DNA of 64,000 nucleotides from NCBI RefSeq assembly GCF_056712565.1, contig NZ_CM160072.1; one strand, 5' to 3'. Both the position numbers and the translations under genes were made by a program. Numbering within the stretch: the stretch's first letter is position 1; every line of letters starts with the position of its first letter. This document shows positions 1-14,926 of this stretch, one piece after another. The notes under the pieces were generated by a model that did no database searches, was not told the origin of the DNA, and saw only the letters and a program-made list of their open reading frames with translations.

Positions 1-206
1 TAGCCATCCGCTTACCGGAATAAGCATCGCCACCGTCAGCGTATAACTGATGATGGCTGATTGCATCGCGAGAGGAGAACGATTAAGGCTATGAGCGATT
101 GCGGGTAAGGCGGTATTCAGAATAGTGGCATCAAGTGCCTGCTGAAGAAGGCCATCGCCGCGATCCACGGCAAACCCGCCATACTGCGCTTCTTTTTATC
201 GCTCAT
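1..206 (-). CDS. hsrA: MFS transporter HsrA/YieO, N-terminal fragment running off the window start
   Basis: Minus-strand reading from ~206 begins [14 protein letters not shown] followed by a hydrophobic TM-like segment; sits upstream of yieP-rrnC. Not in ORF track (no stop inside window); frame continuity not verified. Confidence 0.45.
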
Positions 207-228
207 TCAATGTCCTGTTATCGGGTTA

Positions 229-921
229 TCACTTATCTGGTGAGCGTAGCAGCGCCTGACAAGCTTTAAATGCCGCGTCGCCATCGCTTTGGATAATCGC
301 ATCGACAATCGCCTGGTGCAGATCCAGCTTTATCACTGTGTCGCTGGTAATTGACGTGAAGTAAGTGTGATAAACCGAATGGAATAGCGAGGCGAATGAG
401 GTCAAAAACGGATTGGCGCTCATTTCATAGATATGCTCATGCCAGGCCATATCGACTTCGATCCAGCGTTCACGGCGAAAGTTCTCTTTTAATGCCGCCA
501 TTTCGGCCATTAACGTATTGAGATGCGCCTTCTGTTCCGCGGTGCCAACCTTTGCTGCCAGTAGGCAAGCTTGCGGCTCCAGACAGATACGCATAACCAG
601 AAAGTGATCGATGACCTGATGAAAGTTCTCTTCTGTCATCCACCAGGTAAGCAATTCCTGATCAAGAAAATTCCAGTTCGATTGTGGCATGACTCGGGTA
701 CCAATTCGCGGTCGCGGTAAAACCATCCCTTTTGCCGTTAACGTTTTGACCGCTTCGCGTACCGCTGTACGACTCACTCCAAATTGCTCGCCCAGCTCAA
801 TCTCACCAGGCAAAATGGTGCCGGGTTCATATTCACCTTTTAAGATCCGCTGCGCCAGCTTCTCAGCCAGAACATACGAAAGGTTTTTCTGTGCAGCTAA
901 CTGTTGTGCGCTTAAAGGCAT
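229..921 (-). CDS. yieP: GntR-family transcriptional regulator (FadR-like C-terminal domain)
   Basis: 230-aa ORF in track; N-terminal winged-HTH signature (GVSRTAVREAVKTL); position immediately upstream of rrnC. Confidence 0.85.
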   Translation of the reverse strand: MPLSAQQLAAQKNLSYVLAEKLAQRILKGEYEPGTILPGEIELGEQFGVSRTAVREAVKTLTAKGMVLPRPRIGTRVMPQSNWNFLDQELLTWWMTEENFHQVIDHFLVMRICLEPQACLLAAKVGTAEQKAHLNTLMAEMAALKENFRRERWIEVDMAWHEHIYEMSANPFLTSFASLFHSVYHTYFTSITSDTVIKLDLHQAIVDAIIQSDGDAAFKACQALLRSPDK

Positions 922-1039
922 TACTAATCTTCCTTTTTCTTTTTATTCCTTCTTAGTATGCCACCAGGAAGTGTGATTACGGTTGCAAAAACGGCAAATT
1001 GCTTGTTTTATGGCACATTAACGGGGCTTTTGCTGAAAA

Positions 1040-1101
1040 AATGCGCGATCAGAAAATTATTTTAAATTTCCTCTTGTCAGGCCGGAATAACTCCCTATAA
1101 T
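1040..1101 (+). promoter_or_regulatory. rrn P1 promoter with A/T-rich UP element
   Basis: TTGTCA -35 and TATAAT -10 with 16-bp spacer (cttgtcaggccggaataactccctataatgcgccacc), preceded by A/T tract agaaaattattttaaatttcc. Confidence 0.7.
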
Positions 1102-1192
1102 GCGCCACCACTGACACGGAACAACGGCAAACACGCCGCCGGGTCAGCGGGATTCTCCTGAGAATTCCGGCAGAGAAAGCAAAAATAAATGC

Positions 1193-1220
1193 TTGACTCT
1201 GTAGCGGGAAAGTGTATTAT
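1193..1220 (+). promoter_or_regulatory. rrn P2 promoter
   Basis: TTGACT -35 and TATTAT -10 (gcttgactctgtagcgggaaagtgtattatgc). Confidence 0.6.
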
Positions 1221-1258
1221 GCACACCCCGCGCCGCTGAGAAAAAGCGAAGCGGCACT

Positions 1259-1278
1259 GCTCTTTAACAATTTATCAG
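1259..1278 (+). promoter_or_regulatory. rrn leader boxA antitermination element
   Basis: tgctctttaacaatttatca matches the rrn boxA consensus (GCTCTTTAACAA); a second boxA-like copy (tgctctttaaaaatc) lies in the 16S-23S spacer near 3178. Confidence 0.7.
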
Positions 1279-1401
1279 ACAATCTGTGTGGGCACTCGAA
1301 GATACGGATTCTTGACGTCGCAAGACGAAAAATGAATACCAAGTCTCAGGAGTGAACACGTAATTCATTACGAAGTTTAATTCTTTGAGCATCAAACTTT
1401 T

Positions 1402-2943
<1,542 letters not shown>

Positions 2944-3028
2944 CCTTAAAGAAGCGTACTTTGCAGTGCTCACACAGATTGTCTGATAGAAAGTGAAAAG
3001 CAAGGCGTCTTGCGAAGCAGACTGATAC

Positions 3029-3104
3029 GTCCCCTTCGTCTAGAGGCCCAGGACACCGCCCTTTCACGGCGGTAACAGGGGTTCGAATCCCCTAGGGGAC
3101 GCCA
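3029..3104 (+). tRNA. gltU: tRNA-Glu (UUC) in the 16S-23S spacer
   Basis: gtccccttcgtctagaggcccaggacaccgccctttcacggcggtaacaggggttcgaatcccctaggggacgcca; cloverleaf with CCA end. Confidence 0.92.
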
Positions 3105-3297
3105 CTTGCTGGTTTGTGAGTGAAAGTCACCTGCCTTAATATCTCAAAACTCATCTTCGGGTGATGTTTGAGATATTTGCTCTTTAAAAATCTGGATCAA
3201 GCTGAAAATTGAAACACTGAACAACGAAAGTTGTTCGTGAGTCTCTCAAATTTTCGCAACACGATGATGGATCGCAAGAAACATCTTCGGGTTGTGA

Positions 3298-6201
<2,904 letters not shown>

Positions 6202-6294
6202 ACAACGCCGAAGATGTTTTGGCGGATGAGAGAAGATTTTCAGCCTGATACAGATTAGATTAACCGGCGACAAGCGGGTTAATGAAACAGAATT

Positions 6295-6414
6295 TGCCTG
6301 GCGGCCTTAGCGCGGTGGTCCCACCTGACCCCATGCCGAACTCAGAAGTGAAACGCCGTAGCGCCGATGGTAGTGTGGGGTCTCCCCATGCGAGAGTAGG
6401 GAACTGCCAGGCAT
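6295..6414 (+). rRNA. rrfC: 5S ribosomal RNA
   Basis: tgcctggcggccttagcgcggtggtcccacctgaccccatgccgaactcagaagtgaaacgccgtagcgccgatggtagtgtggggtctccccatgcgagagtagggaactgccaggcat; 120 nt. Confidence 0.93.
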
Positions 6415-6465
6415 CAAATTTAGCAGTAAGCCGGTTATAAACCGGTGGTTGTAAAAGAATTCGGT

Positions 6466-6542
6466 GGAGCGGTAGTTCAGTCGGTTAGAATACCTGCCTG
6501 TCACGCAGGGGGTCGCGGGTTCGAGTCCCGTCCGTTCCGCCA
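6466..6542 (+). tRNA. aspT: tRNA-Asp (GUC)
   Basis: ggagcggtagttcagtcggttagaatacctgcctgtcacgcagggggtcgcgggttcgagtcccgtccgttccgcca. Confidence 0.92.
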
Positions 6543-6550
6543 CCCTAATT

Positions 6551-6626
6551 AGGGGCGTAGTTCAATTGGTAGAGCACCGGTCTCCAAAACCGGGTGTTGG
6601 GAGTTCGAGTCTCTCCGCCCCTGCCA
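6551..6626 (+). tRNA. trpT: tRNA-Trp (CCA)
   Basis: aggggcgtagttcaattggtagagcaccggtctccaaaaccgggtgttgggagttcgagtctctccgcccctgcca. Confidence 0.92.
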
Positions 6627-6629
6627 GAA

Positions 6630-6662
6630 ATCATCCTTAGCGAAAGCTAAGGATTTTTTTTA
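6630..6662 (+). terminator. rrn operon intrinsic terminator
   Basis: Hairpin catccttagcgaaagctaaggatt followed by a T-run (tttttttt). Confidence 0.75.
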
Positions 6663-6721
6663 TCTGAAATAACCCTCTCCGAAGTAACTCCTTCTACCGG
6701 CATCCTTGCCAGCCATTCAGA

Positions 6722-7561
6722 TTAATACACTTCATCCAGCACGTTAATTTTCAATAGATCGCTAATCAACGCATTTTTATCGCTATTTTGTAGCCATATG
6801 GCATAAAGCGGCCGTGAAAGTGTTGTGCTATCGACAACGGTATGCAGGCCGCCTTTTTTACGTGCCCAACTGACGGGTAGCCAGGTGCAACCATTAAGCA
6901 TCGCAATCTGTTGCTGTGCCAGTTCAGCAGAACTGGTTGTCAGAATGGGAACTTCGTCAGCACCGATCAAACCTGCCTCATGCTGTTGAAAATCTGGCCC
7001 CCACTCTAGTCGCAGATAGTTAAGATCTCCCTTTAGTTTAGAAGGGGCACTGGTATAAAGCGCTAAAGTGAAATACCCCAGCAACTGACTACAAAATTCG
7101 TCCATTTTGGGGGCTTCAGTTGTAATAAGAAGATCAAGCTGGCGTTCATGCAACTGTTTTACCAGAGACTGCCGTTGGGCAATTCGCGCTTCGAACTGTA
7201 AGCCTGTATGGACATCCTGATTTTGATACAAGCGTCCCAGCCACTGATTAAGCATACACTCCCACAGCGAGGCGCTGGCACCGATAGAAAACTCATTATG
7301 TCGTGAGGTATGCGCCACCTCCTTGCGGGCGGCCTGCCAGGTGCTCATGAGCGTTTCTGCATAAGGCAGAAGCTTTTCTCCGGCAGCGGTTAAACGGATA
7401 TTGTTTCTGTGGCGGGTGAAAAGATTCACACCCAGTTGATTTTCCAGTTGTCTGATTCGAAAGCTCACGGCTGATTGGGTCAGATAGAGCGATTCAGCCG
7501 CTCGACCAAAGTGACGCGTTCGGCTAACTTCCAGGAAAGTTTTTAACAATTCCGTATCCAC
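6722..7561 (-). CDS. hdfR: LysR-type transcriptional regulator HdfR
   Basis: 279-aa ORF; N-terminal LysR HTH ([40 protein letters not shown]); conserved position after rrnC. Confidence 0.9.
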   Translation of the reverse strand: MDTELLKTFLEVSRTRHFGRAAESLYLTQSAVSFRIRQLENQLGVNLFTRHRNNIRLTAAGEKLLPYAETLMSTWQAARKEVAHTSRHNEFSIGASASLWECMLNQWLGRLYQNQDVHTGLQFEARIAQRQSLVKQLHERQLDLLITTEAPKMDEFCSQLLGYFTLALYTSAPSKLKGDLNYLRLEWGPDFQQHEAGLIGADEVPILTTSSAELAQQQIAMLNGCTWLPVSWARKKGGLHTVVDSTTLSRPLYAIWLQNSDKNALISDLLKINVLDEVY

Positions 7562-7679
7562 AGTGCTCTCCGCAAAATTATTTGTCGTTATGATTTAAAT
7601 GTTTTGTTTTACACTCTGTCAAGCGTAACTAATACTCCGCGCCATAACTAGCTCGGTCAAAGAATTAGGAGCGTGCAGG

Positions 7680-8018
7680 ATGGCGGAAAGCTTTACGACG
7701 ACTAATCGATATTTCGACAATAAACATTATCCACGTGGATTCTCTCGTCATGGTGACTTCACCATCAAAGAGGCACAACTGCTTGAGCGTCATGGTTATG
7801 CCTTCAATGAGTTGGATCTTGGCAAACGCGAGCCGGTTACCGAGGAAGAGAAACTCTTCGTAGCAGTATGCCGTGGCGAACGTGAACCAGTGACAGAAGC
7901 AGAACGCGTGTGGTCCAAGTATATGACGCGTATCAAGCGTCCAAAACGTTTTCACACCCTTTCCGGCGGTAAACCGCAGGTTGAAGGTGCTGAAGACTAC
8001 ACCGATTCTGACGATTAA
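7680..8018 (+). CDS. maoP: YifE/MaoP family protein (DUF413)
   Basis: 112-aa [30 protein letters not shown]...; divergent from hdfR. Confidence 0.85.
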   Translation: MAESFTTTNRYFDNKHYPRGFSRHGDFTIKEAQLLERHGYAFNELDLGKREPVTEEEKLFVAVCRGEREPVTEAERVWSKYMTRIKRPKRFHTLSGGKPQVEGAEDYTDSDD

Positions 8019-8045
8019 TAAAAAGGGCGAAATGCCCTTTTTTTA
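8019..8045. terminator. bidirectional intrinsic terminator between maoP and comM
   Basis: aaaagggcgaaatgccctttttttt: GC stem with A-run upstream and T-run downstream. Confidence 0.7.
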
Positions 8046-9563
8046 TGTCAGTAGTTTTTGCAGATGGATGAGCAAACGGTCAATCGCACGATAGCTAACT
8101 GCCTCCTGCAAATGCTGACGTGTGATAATGTCAGACTGATCAATATCAGCAATGGTTCGTGCAACTTTCAATAACCGCTGCCAGGCACGAATCGATAACC
8201 CCAGATGGATCAGCGTTTCTTCCAGCCACTGCGCATCTTCGCTTTCAAGCTTGCAGAATTGGCGTATTTCCGGATTATCCAGCCAGGCGTTCAGTTTATT
8301 CTGCCGCTTAAATTGGCGCTCTCTGGCGGCCATTACACGTTGTTTAACGGTGGTGCTGTTTTCTCCCGGCACTACCGTTTTACTCAAAATGCCGGGGGGC
8401 GGTAATGGGATCTCCAGTGAGAGATCGAAGCGGTCGAGAAAGGGCCCCGAGAGCCGGTTGAGATAACGTAATGTCTGTTCTGGTGTGCAGCGGTTATGGT
8501 TTCCCTGATAATGTCCGGTAGGGCTGGGATTCATTGCCGCGACAAGCTGGAAACGGGCTGGATAGGTTATTTTTGCTCGTGTGCGTGAAAGATGGATCTG
8601 CCCGGATTCAATCGGCTCTCGCAAGGCATCCAGTGTACGCCGTTCAAATTCAGGTAGCTCATCAAGAAAAAGCACGCCGTTATGCGCCAGCGAAATTTCA
8701 CCTGGCCCTGGAATTGCACCACCGCCCACCATCGCAGTTAACGACGCACTGTGATGAGGTGAGCGGAACGGGCGCTGCCGCCATTGTTTTTGTACTGATT
8801 CAGCATTTACCAGACTTAATATCGCAGCGCTCTCCAGTGCCTCTTCATTGCTTAAATCTGGCAAAAGGCCATTAATACGGCTGGCGAGCATTGTTTTACC
8901 TGTTCCCGGCGGTCCAATCAGTAAAAGGTTGTGCCCGCCAGCGGCGGTAATTTCCAGTCCTCGCTTTCCTTGCTCCTGACCGACAACATCACTGAGATCA
9001 TGTTGTAGCGCCCGGGATACTGCATTAGTTGGTTTCGGGTGTTCGAGAGCGTGCTTACCTTCCAGAAACGCGCAGACAGCCTGCAGATGATCGGCTATCA
9101 GGCATCCTTCACCGTTAATTAGCCCCACTTCATCTTCGTTATCTTTCGCGACGATAATTTTTCTGCCCGACTTAATAGCTTCAGTTGCACTGGAGATTGC
9201 GCCGGGAACGCCACGCAGAGCGCCTGTAAGCGCCAGTTCTCCGACTAATTCATATTCATCTAACTTATTGGCTGTAAGCTGTTCTGAGGCCGCCAGTAAC
9301 GCAATAGCGATAGGCAAATCATATCGTCCCCCTTCTTTTGGCAGATCGGCTGGAGCAAGGTTGATGGTGATTTTTTTCGCCGGATATTCATATCCGCTAT
9401 TGATAATGGCGCTGCGCACGCGATCGCGAGCTTCTTTTACCGTTGTTTCTGGTAAGCCCACCATCGTTAAGCCTGGTAGACCTTTACTGATATGTACCTC
9501 AACAGTGATTGGGGGCGCATTTACTCCCAGGGCTGCGCGGGTATGAACAATTGACAGTGACAT
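8043..9563 (-). CDS. comM: Mg-chelatase-like AAA+ ATPase ComM/YifB
   Basis: Track ORF 8043..9593; Walker A GPPGTGKT; likely true start at MSLSIVHTR (~9563), 10 codons inside the track ORF. Confidence 0.88.
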   Translation of the reverse strand: MSLSIVHTRAALGVNAPPITVEVHISKGLPGLTMVGLPETTVKEARDRVRSAIINSGYEYPAKKITINLAPADLPKEGGRYDLPIAIALLAASEQLTANKLDEYELVGELALTGALRGVPGAISSATEAIKSGRKIIVAKDNEDEVGLINGEGCLIADHLQAVCAFLEGKHALEHPKPTNAVSRALQHDLSDVVGQEQGKRGLEITAAGGHNLLLIGPPGTGKTMLASRINGLLPDLSNEEALESAAILSLVNAESVQKQWRQRPFRSPHHSASLTAMVGGGAIPGPGEISLAHNGVLFLDELPEFERRTLDALREPIESGQIHLSRTRAKITYPARFQLVAAMNPSPTGHYQGNHNRCTPEQTLRYLNRLSGPFLDRFDLSLEIPLPPPGILSKTVVPGENSTTVKQRVMAARERQFKRQNKLNAWLDNPEIRQFCKLESEDAQWLEETLIHLGLSIRAWQRLLKVARTIADIDQSDIITRQHLQEAVSYRAIDRLLIHLQKLLT

Positions 9564-9915
9564 AAGCCCTCCTTGAGTCACCATTATGTGCATAAGATAT
9601 CGCTGCTGTAGCCCGCTAATTCGTGAATTTTAGTGGCTGATTCCTGTTTATTTGTGCAAGTGAAGTTGAGTTGTTCTGGCGGTGGAATGATGCTCGCAAA
9701 AATGCAGCGTGCAAAGGATGAACTACGAGGAAGGGAACAACATTCATACTGAAATTGAATTTTTTTCACTCACTATTTTCTTTTTAAAAAACAACAATTT
9801 CTCTTGAAATTATTAAAGACATCATAAAAATCGGCCAAAAAATATCTTGTGCTATTCGCAAAATCTATGGTAACTCTTTAGGCATTCCTTCGAACAAGAT
9901 GCAAGAAAAGACAAA

Positions 9916-10014
9916 ATGACAGCCCTTCTACGAGTGATTAGCCTGGTCGTGATTAGCGTGGTGGTGATTATTATCCCACCGTGCGGGGCTGCACTTGGAC
10001 GAGGAAAGGCTTAG
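9916..10014 (+). CDS. ilvL: ilvGMEDA leader peptide (Ile/Val/Leu-rich attenuation peptide)
   Basis: atgacagcccttctacgagtgattagcctggtcgtgattagcgtggtggtgattattatcccaccgtgcggggctgcacttggacgaggaaaggcttag = MTALLRVISLVVISVVVIIIPPCGAALGRGKA, 32 aa. Confidence 0.85.
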   Translation: MTALLRVISLVVISVVVIIIPPCGAALGRGKA

Positions 10015-10035
10015 AGATCAAGCCTTAACGAACTA

Positions 10036-10070
10036 AGACCCCCGCACCGAAAGGTCCGGGGGTTTTTTTT
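10036..10070 (+). terminator. ilv attenuator (rho-independent terminator)
   Basis: agacccccgcaccgaaaggtccgggggttttttttg: GC-rich hairpin plus T8 run directly after ilvL. Confidence 0.85.
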
Positions 10071-10100
10071 GACCTTAAAAACATAACTGAGGAGCAGACA

Positions 10101-10151
10101 ATGAATAACAGCACAAAATTCTGTTTCTCAAGATTCAGGACGGGGAACTAA
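10101..10151 (+). CDS. ilvX: small protein IlvX (16 aa)
   Basis: atgaataacagcacaaaattctgtttctcaagattcaggacggggaactaa = [16 protein letters not shown] between attenuator and ilvG. Confidence 0.5.
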   Translation: MNNSTKFCFSRFRTGN

Positions 10152-10153
10152 CT

Positions 10154-11800
10154 ATGAATGGCGCACAGTGGGTGGTACATGCGTTGCGGGCACAGGGTGT
10201 GAACACCGTTTTCGGTTATCCGGGTGGCGCAATTATGCCGGTTTACGATGCATTGTATGACGGTGGCGTGGAACACTTGCTGTGCCGACACGAGCAAGGT
10301 GCAGCAATGGCGGCTATCGGTTATGCCCGTGCTACCGGCAAAACTGGCGTTTGCATCGCCACGTCTGGTCCAGGTGCAACCAACCTGATAACCGGGCTTG
10401 CGGACGCGCTGTTAGATTCCATCCCCGTTGTTGCTATCACCGGTCAGGTATCCGCACCGTTTATCGGCACTGACGCATTTCAGGAGGTGGATATTCTGGG
10501 GTTGTCGTTAGCCTGCACCAAGCACAGTTTCCTGGTGCAATCACTGGAAGAGTTACCGCGTATCATGGCCGAAGCGTTTGACGTCGCCAGCTCTGGTCGT
10601 CCTGGTCCGGTTTTGGTCGATATTCCAAAAGATATCCAGTTAGCCAGCGGCGATCTGGAACCGTGGTTCACCACTGTTGAAAACGAAGTGACTTTCTCAC
10701 ATGCCGAAGTCGAGCAAGCGCGTCAGATGCTGGCAAAAGCGCAAAAACCGATGCTGTACGTTGGCGGTGGCGTGGGCATGGCGCAGGCAGTTTCGGCTTT
10801 GCGTGAATTTCTCGCTGCCACAAAAATGCCTGCCACCTGTACGTTGAAAGGGCTGGGCGCAGTAGAAGCAGATTATCCGTACTATCTGGGCATGCTGGGG
10901 ATGCACGGCACCAAAGCGGCGAACTTCGCAGTGCAGGAGTGCGATCTACTGATCGCCGTGGGCGCACGTTTTGATGACCGGGTGACCGGCAAACTGAACA
11001 CCTTCGCACCACACGCCAGCGTTATCCATATGGATATCGATCCGGCAGAAATGAACAAGCTGCGTCAGGCACATGTGGCATTACAGGGTGATTTAAATGC
11101 TCTGTTACCAGCATTACAGCAGCCGTTAAATATCGATGACTGGCAGCAACACTGCGCGCAACTGCGTGATGAACATGCCTGGCGTTACGACCATCCTGGT
11201 GACGCTATCTACGCGCCGTTGTTGTTAAAACAACTGTCGGATCGTAAATCTGCGGATTGCATCGTGACCACAGATGTGGGGCAGCACCAGATGTGGGCTG
11301 CCCAGCACATCGTCCACACTCGCCCGGAAAACTTCATCACCTCCAGCGGCTTAGGCACCATGGGTTTCGGTTTACCGGCGGCGGTTGGCGCACAAGTCGC
11401 GCGACCGAACGATACTGTCGTCTGTATCTCCGGTGACGGCTCTTTCATGATGAATGTGCAAGAACTGGGCACCGTAAAACGCAAGCAGTTACCGTTGAAA
11501 ATCGTCTTACTCGATAACCAACGGTTAGGGATGGTTCGACAATGGCAGCAACTGTTTTTCCAGGAACGATACAGCGAAACTACCCTTACCGATAACCCCG
11601 ATTTCCTCATGTTAGCCAGCGCCTTCGGCATCCCTGGCCAACACATCACCCATAAAGACCAGGTTGAAGCGGCACTCGACACCATGCTGAACAGTGATGG
11701 GCCATACCTGCTTCATGTCTCAATCGACGAACTTGAGAACGTCTGGCCGCTGGTGCCGCCTGGTGCCAGTAATTCTGAAATGTTGGAGAAATTATCATGA
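10154..11800 (+). CDS. ilvG: acetolactate synthase II large subunit, intact full-length
   Basis: 548-aa uninterrupted ORF with TPP-binding motif (GDGSFMMN); in K-12 this gene carries a frameshift. Confidence 0.93.
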   Translation: MNGAQWVVHALRAQGVNTVFGYPGGAIMPVYDALYDGGVEHLLCRHEQGAAMAAIGYARATGKTGVCIATSGPGATNLITGLADALLDSIPVVAITGQVSAPFIGTDAFQEVDILGLSLACTKHSFLVQSLEELPRIMAEAFDVASSGRPGPVLVDIPKDIQLASGDLEPWFTTVENEVTFSHAEVEQARQMLAKAQKPMLYVGGGVGMAQAVSALREFLAATKMPATCTLKGLGAVEADYPYYLGMLGMHGTKAANFAVQECDLLIAVGARFDDRVTGKLNTFAPHASVIHMDIDPAEMNKLRQAHVALQGDLNALLPALQQPLNIDDWQQHCAQLRDEHAWRYDHPGDAIYAPLLLKQLSDRKSADCIVTTDVGQHQMWAAQHIVHTRPENFITSSGLGTMGFGLPAAVGAQVARPNDTVVCISGDGSFMMNVQELGTVKRKQLPLKIVLLDNQRLGMVRQWQQLFFQERYSETTLTDNPDFLMLASAFGIPGQHITHKDQVEAALDTMLNSDGPYLLHVSIDELENVWPLVPPGASNSEMLEKLS

Positions 11801-12060
11801 TGCAACATCAGGTCAATGTATCGGCTCGCTTCAATCCGGAAACCTTAGAACGTGTTTTACGCGTGGTGCGTCATCGTGGTTTCCACGTCTGCTCAATGAA
11901 TATGGCCGCCGCCAGCGATGCACAAAATATAAATATCGAATTGACCGTTGCCAGCCCACGGTCGGTCGACTTACTGTTTAGTCAGTTAAATAAACTGGTG
12001 GACGTCGCACACGTTGCTATCTGCCAGAGCACAACCACATCACAACAAATCCGCGCCTGA
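11797..12060 (+). CDS. ilvM: acetolactate synthase II small subunit
   Basis: 87-aa [32 protein letters not shown]...; 4-bp overlap with ilvG stop. Confidence 0.9.
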   Translation: MMQHQVNVSARFNPETLERVLRVVRHRGFHVCSMNMAAASDAQNINIELTVASPRSVDLLFSQLNKLVDVAHVAICQSTTTSQQIRA

Positions 12061-12079
12061 GCGCAAAAGGAATATAAAA

Positions 12080-13009
12080 ATGACCACGAAGAAAGCTGAT
12101 TACATTTGGTTCAATGGGGAGATGGTTCGCTGGGAAGACGCGAAGGTGCATGTGATGTCGCACGCGCTGCACTATGGCACCTCGGTTTTTGAAGGCATCC
12201 GTTGCTACGACTCGCACAAAGGACCGGTTGTATTCCGCCATCGTGAGCATATGCAGCGTCTGCATGACTCCGCCAAAATCTATCGTTTCCCGGTTTCGCA
12301 GAGCATTGATGAGCTGATGGAAGCTTGTCGCGACGTGATCCGCAAAAACAATCTCACCAGCGCCTATATCCGTCCGCTGATTTTCGTCGGTGATGTTGGC
12401 ATGGGCGTAAACCCGCCAGCGGGATACTCAACCGATGTGATTATCGCCGCTTTCCCGTGGGGGGCGTATCTGGGCGCAGAAGCGCTGGAGCAGGGGATCG
12501 ATGCGATGGTTTCCTCCTGGAACCGTGCTGCACCAAACACCATCCCAACCGCAGCGAAAGCTGGAGGTAACTACCTCTCTTCCCTGTTGGTGGGTAGCGA
12601 AGCGCGCCGCCACGGTTATCAGGAAGGTATCGCATTGGATGTGAATGGTTATATCTCTGAAGGCGCAGGAGAAAACCTGTTTGAAGTGAAAGACGGTGTG
12701 CTGTTCACTCCACCGTTCACCTCCTCCGCGCTGCCGGGTATTACCCGTGATGCCATCATCAAACTGGCGAAAGAGCTGGGAATTGAAGTGCATGAACAGG
12801 TGCTGTCGCGCGAATCCCTGTACCTGGCGGATGAAGTCTTTATGTCCGGTACGGCGGCAGAAATCACGCCAGTGCGCAGTGTAGATGGTATTCAGGTTGG
12901 TGAAGGCCGTTGCGGCCCGGTTACCAAACGCATTCAGCAAGCCTTCTTCGGCCTCTTCACTGGCGAGACCGAAGATAAATGGGGCTGGTTAGATCAAGTT
13001 AATCAATAA
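12080..13009 (+). CDS. ilvE: branched-chain amino acid aminotransferase
   Basis: Track ORF 12014..13009; known N-terminus MTTKKADYIWFNGEMV begins 22 codons in (309 aa). Confidence 0.93.
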   Translation: MTTKKADYIWFNGEMVRWEDAKVHVMSHALHYGTSVFEGIRCYDSHKGPVVFRHREHMQRLHDSAKIYRFPVSQSIDELMEACRDVIRKNNLTSAYIRPLIFVGDVGMGVNPPAGYSTDVIIAAFPWGAYLGAEALEQGIDAMVSSWNRAAPNTIPTAAKAGGNYLSSLLVGSEARRHGYQEGIALDVNGYISEGAGENLFEVKDGVLFTPPFTSSALPGITRDAIIKLAKELGIEVHEQVLSRESLYLADEVFMSGTAAEITPVRSVDGIQVGEGRCGPVTKRIQQAFFGLFTGETEDKWGWLDQVNQ

Positions 13010-13073
13010 ATACAAAAAATGGGACGGCACGCACCGTCCCATTTACGAGACAGACACTGGGAGTAAATAAAGT

Positions 13074-14924
13074 ATGCCTAAGTACCGTTCCGCCACCACC
13101 ACTCATGGTCGTAATATGGCGGGTGCTCGTGCGCTGTGGCGCGCCACCGGAATGACCGACGCCGATTTCGGTAAGCCGATTATCGCGGTTGTGAACTCGT
13201 TCACCCAATTTGTACCGGGTCACGTCCATCTACGCGATCTCGGTAAACTGGTTGCCGAACAAATTGAAGCGGCTGGCGGCGTTGCCAAAGAGTTCAACAC
13301 CATTGCGGTGGATGATGGGATCGCTATGGGCCACGGGGGCATGCTTTATTCACTGCCATCTCGCGAACTGATCGCTGATTCCGTTGAATATATGGTCAAC
13401 GCCCACTGCGCCGACGCCATGGTCTGCATCTCTAACTGCGACAAAATCACCCCGGGGATGCTGATGGCTTCCCTGCGCCTGAATATTCCGGTGATCTTTG
13501 TTTCCGGCGGCCCGATGGAGGCCGGGAAAACCAAACTGTCCGATCAGATCATTAAGCTCGATCTGGTTGATGCGATGATCCAGGGCGCAGACCCGAAAGT
13601 TTCTGACTCCCAGAGCGATCAGGTTGAACGATCCGCCTGCCCAACCTGCGGTTCCTGCTCCGGGATGTTTACTGCTAACTCAATGAACTGCCTGACCGAA
13701 GCGCTGGGCCTGTCGCAGCCGGGCAACGGCTCGCTGCTGGCAACCCACGCTGATCGCAAGCAACTGTTCCTCAATGCTGGTAAACGCATTGTTGAATTGA
13801 CCAAACGTTACTACGAACAGGATGATGAAAGCGCACTGCCGCGTAACATCGCCAGTAAGGCGGCGTTTGAAAACGCCATGACGCTGGATATCGCGATGGG
13901 CGGCTCTACCAACACCGTTCTCCACCTGCTGGCGGCGGCGCAGGAAGCGGAAATCGACTTCACCATGAGTGATATCGATAAGCTCTCCCGCAAAGTACCG
14001 CAGCTGTGTAAAGTTGCGCCGAGCACCCAAAAATACCATATGGAAGATGTTCACCGTGCTGGTGGTGTTATCGGTATTCTCGGCGAGCTGGATCGTGCGG
14101 GGTTACTGAACCGTGATGTGAAAAATGTACTTGGCCTGACGTTGCCGCAAACGCTGGAACAATACGACATCATCGTGACCCAGGATGATGCGGTAAAAAA
14201 TATGTTCCGCGCTGGCCCGGCGGGCATTCGTACTACACAGGCATTCTCGCAGGATTGCCGCTGGGATACGCTGGACGACGATCGCTCCAATGGCTGTATC
14301 CGCTCGCTGGAACACGCCTACAGCAAAGACGGCGGCCTGGCGGTGCTCTACGGTAATTTCGCAGAAAACGGCTGCATCGTTAAAACCGCAGGCGTCGATG
14401 ACAGCATCCTCAAATTCACTGGCCCGGCGAAAGTCTACGAAAGCCAGGACGACGCGGTAGAAGCGATTCTCGGCGGTAAAGTTGTCGCCGGAGATGTGGT
14501 AGTAATTCGCTATGAAGGCCCGAAAGGCGGTCCGGGGATGCAGGAAATGCTCTACCCAACCAGTTTCCTGAAATCAATGGGTCTCGGTAAAGCCTGTGCG
14601 CTGATCACCGACGGTCGTTTCTCTGGCGGCACCTCTGGTCTTTCCATCGGCCACGTCTCACCGGAAGCGGCAAGTGGCGGCAGCATTGGCCTGATTGAAG
14701 ATGGTGACCTGATCGCTATCGACATTCCGAACCGTGGCATTCAGTTACAGGTAAGCGATGCCGAACTGGCGGCGCGTCGTGAAGCGCAGGAAGCTCGGGG
14801 TGACAAAGCCTGGACGCCGAAAAACCGTGAACGTCAGGTTTCCTTTGCGCTGCGTGCCTACGCCAGCCTGGCAACCAGCGCCGACAAAGGCGCGGTGCGC
14901 GATAAATCGAAACTGGGGGGTTAA
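13074..14924 (+). CDS. ilvD: dihydroxy-acid dehydratase
   Basis: 616-aa [29 protein letters not shown]...; Fe-S cysteine motifs (CPTCGSCSG). Confidence 0.95.
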   Translation: MPKYRSATTTHGRNMAGARALWRATGMTDADFGKPIIAVVNSFTQFVPGHVHLRDLGKLVAEQIEAAGGVAKEFNTIAVDDGIAMGHGGMLYSLPSRELIADSVEYMVNAHCADAMVCISNCDKITPGMLMASLRLNIPVIFVSGGPMEAGKTKLSDQIIKLDLVDAMIQGADPKVSDSQSDQVERSACPTCGSCSGMFTANSMNCLTEALGLSQPGNGSLLATHADRKQLFLNAGKRIVELTKRYYEQDDESALPRNIASKAAFENAMTLDIAMGGSTNTVLHLLAAAQEAEIDFTMSDIDKLSRKVPQLCKVAPSTQKYHMEDVHRAGGVIGILGELDRAGLLNRDVKNVLGLTLPQTLEQYDIIVTQDDAVKNMFRAGPAGIRTTQAFSQDCRWDTLDDDRSNGCIRSLEHAYSKDGGLAVLYGNFAENGCIVKTAGVDDSILKFTGPAKVYESQDDAVEAILGGKVVAGDVVVIRYEGPKGGPGMQEMLYPTSFLKSMGLGKACALITDGRFSGGTSGLSIGHVSPEAASGGSIGLIEDGDLIAIDIPNRGIQLQVSDAELAARREAQEARGDKAWTPKNRERQVSFALRAYASLATSADKGAVRDKSKLGG

Positions 14925-14926
14925 TG

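Noticed and set aside
1-206. Possible frameshift in the hsrA fragment at the window start
   Set aside because: By eye the MSDKKKRS frame and the downstream TM-like frame seemed to differ by one base, but I cannot read single bases reliably enough here and the gene is truncated by the window edge, so this is not reported as a finding.
9584-9769. 61-aa ORF (minus strand) in the comM-ilvL intergenic region
   Set aside because: It lies in the AT-rich ilv promoter/leader region, has low-complexity composition and no RBS-like context; more likely promoter DNA than a gene.
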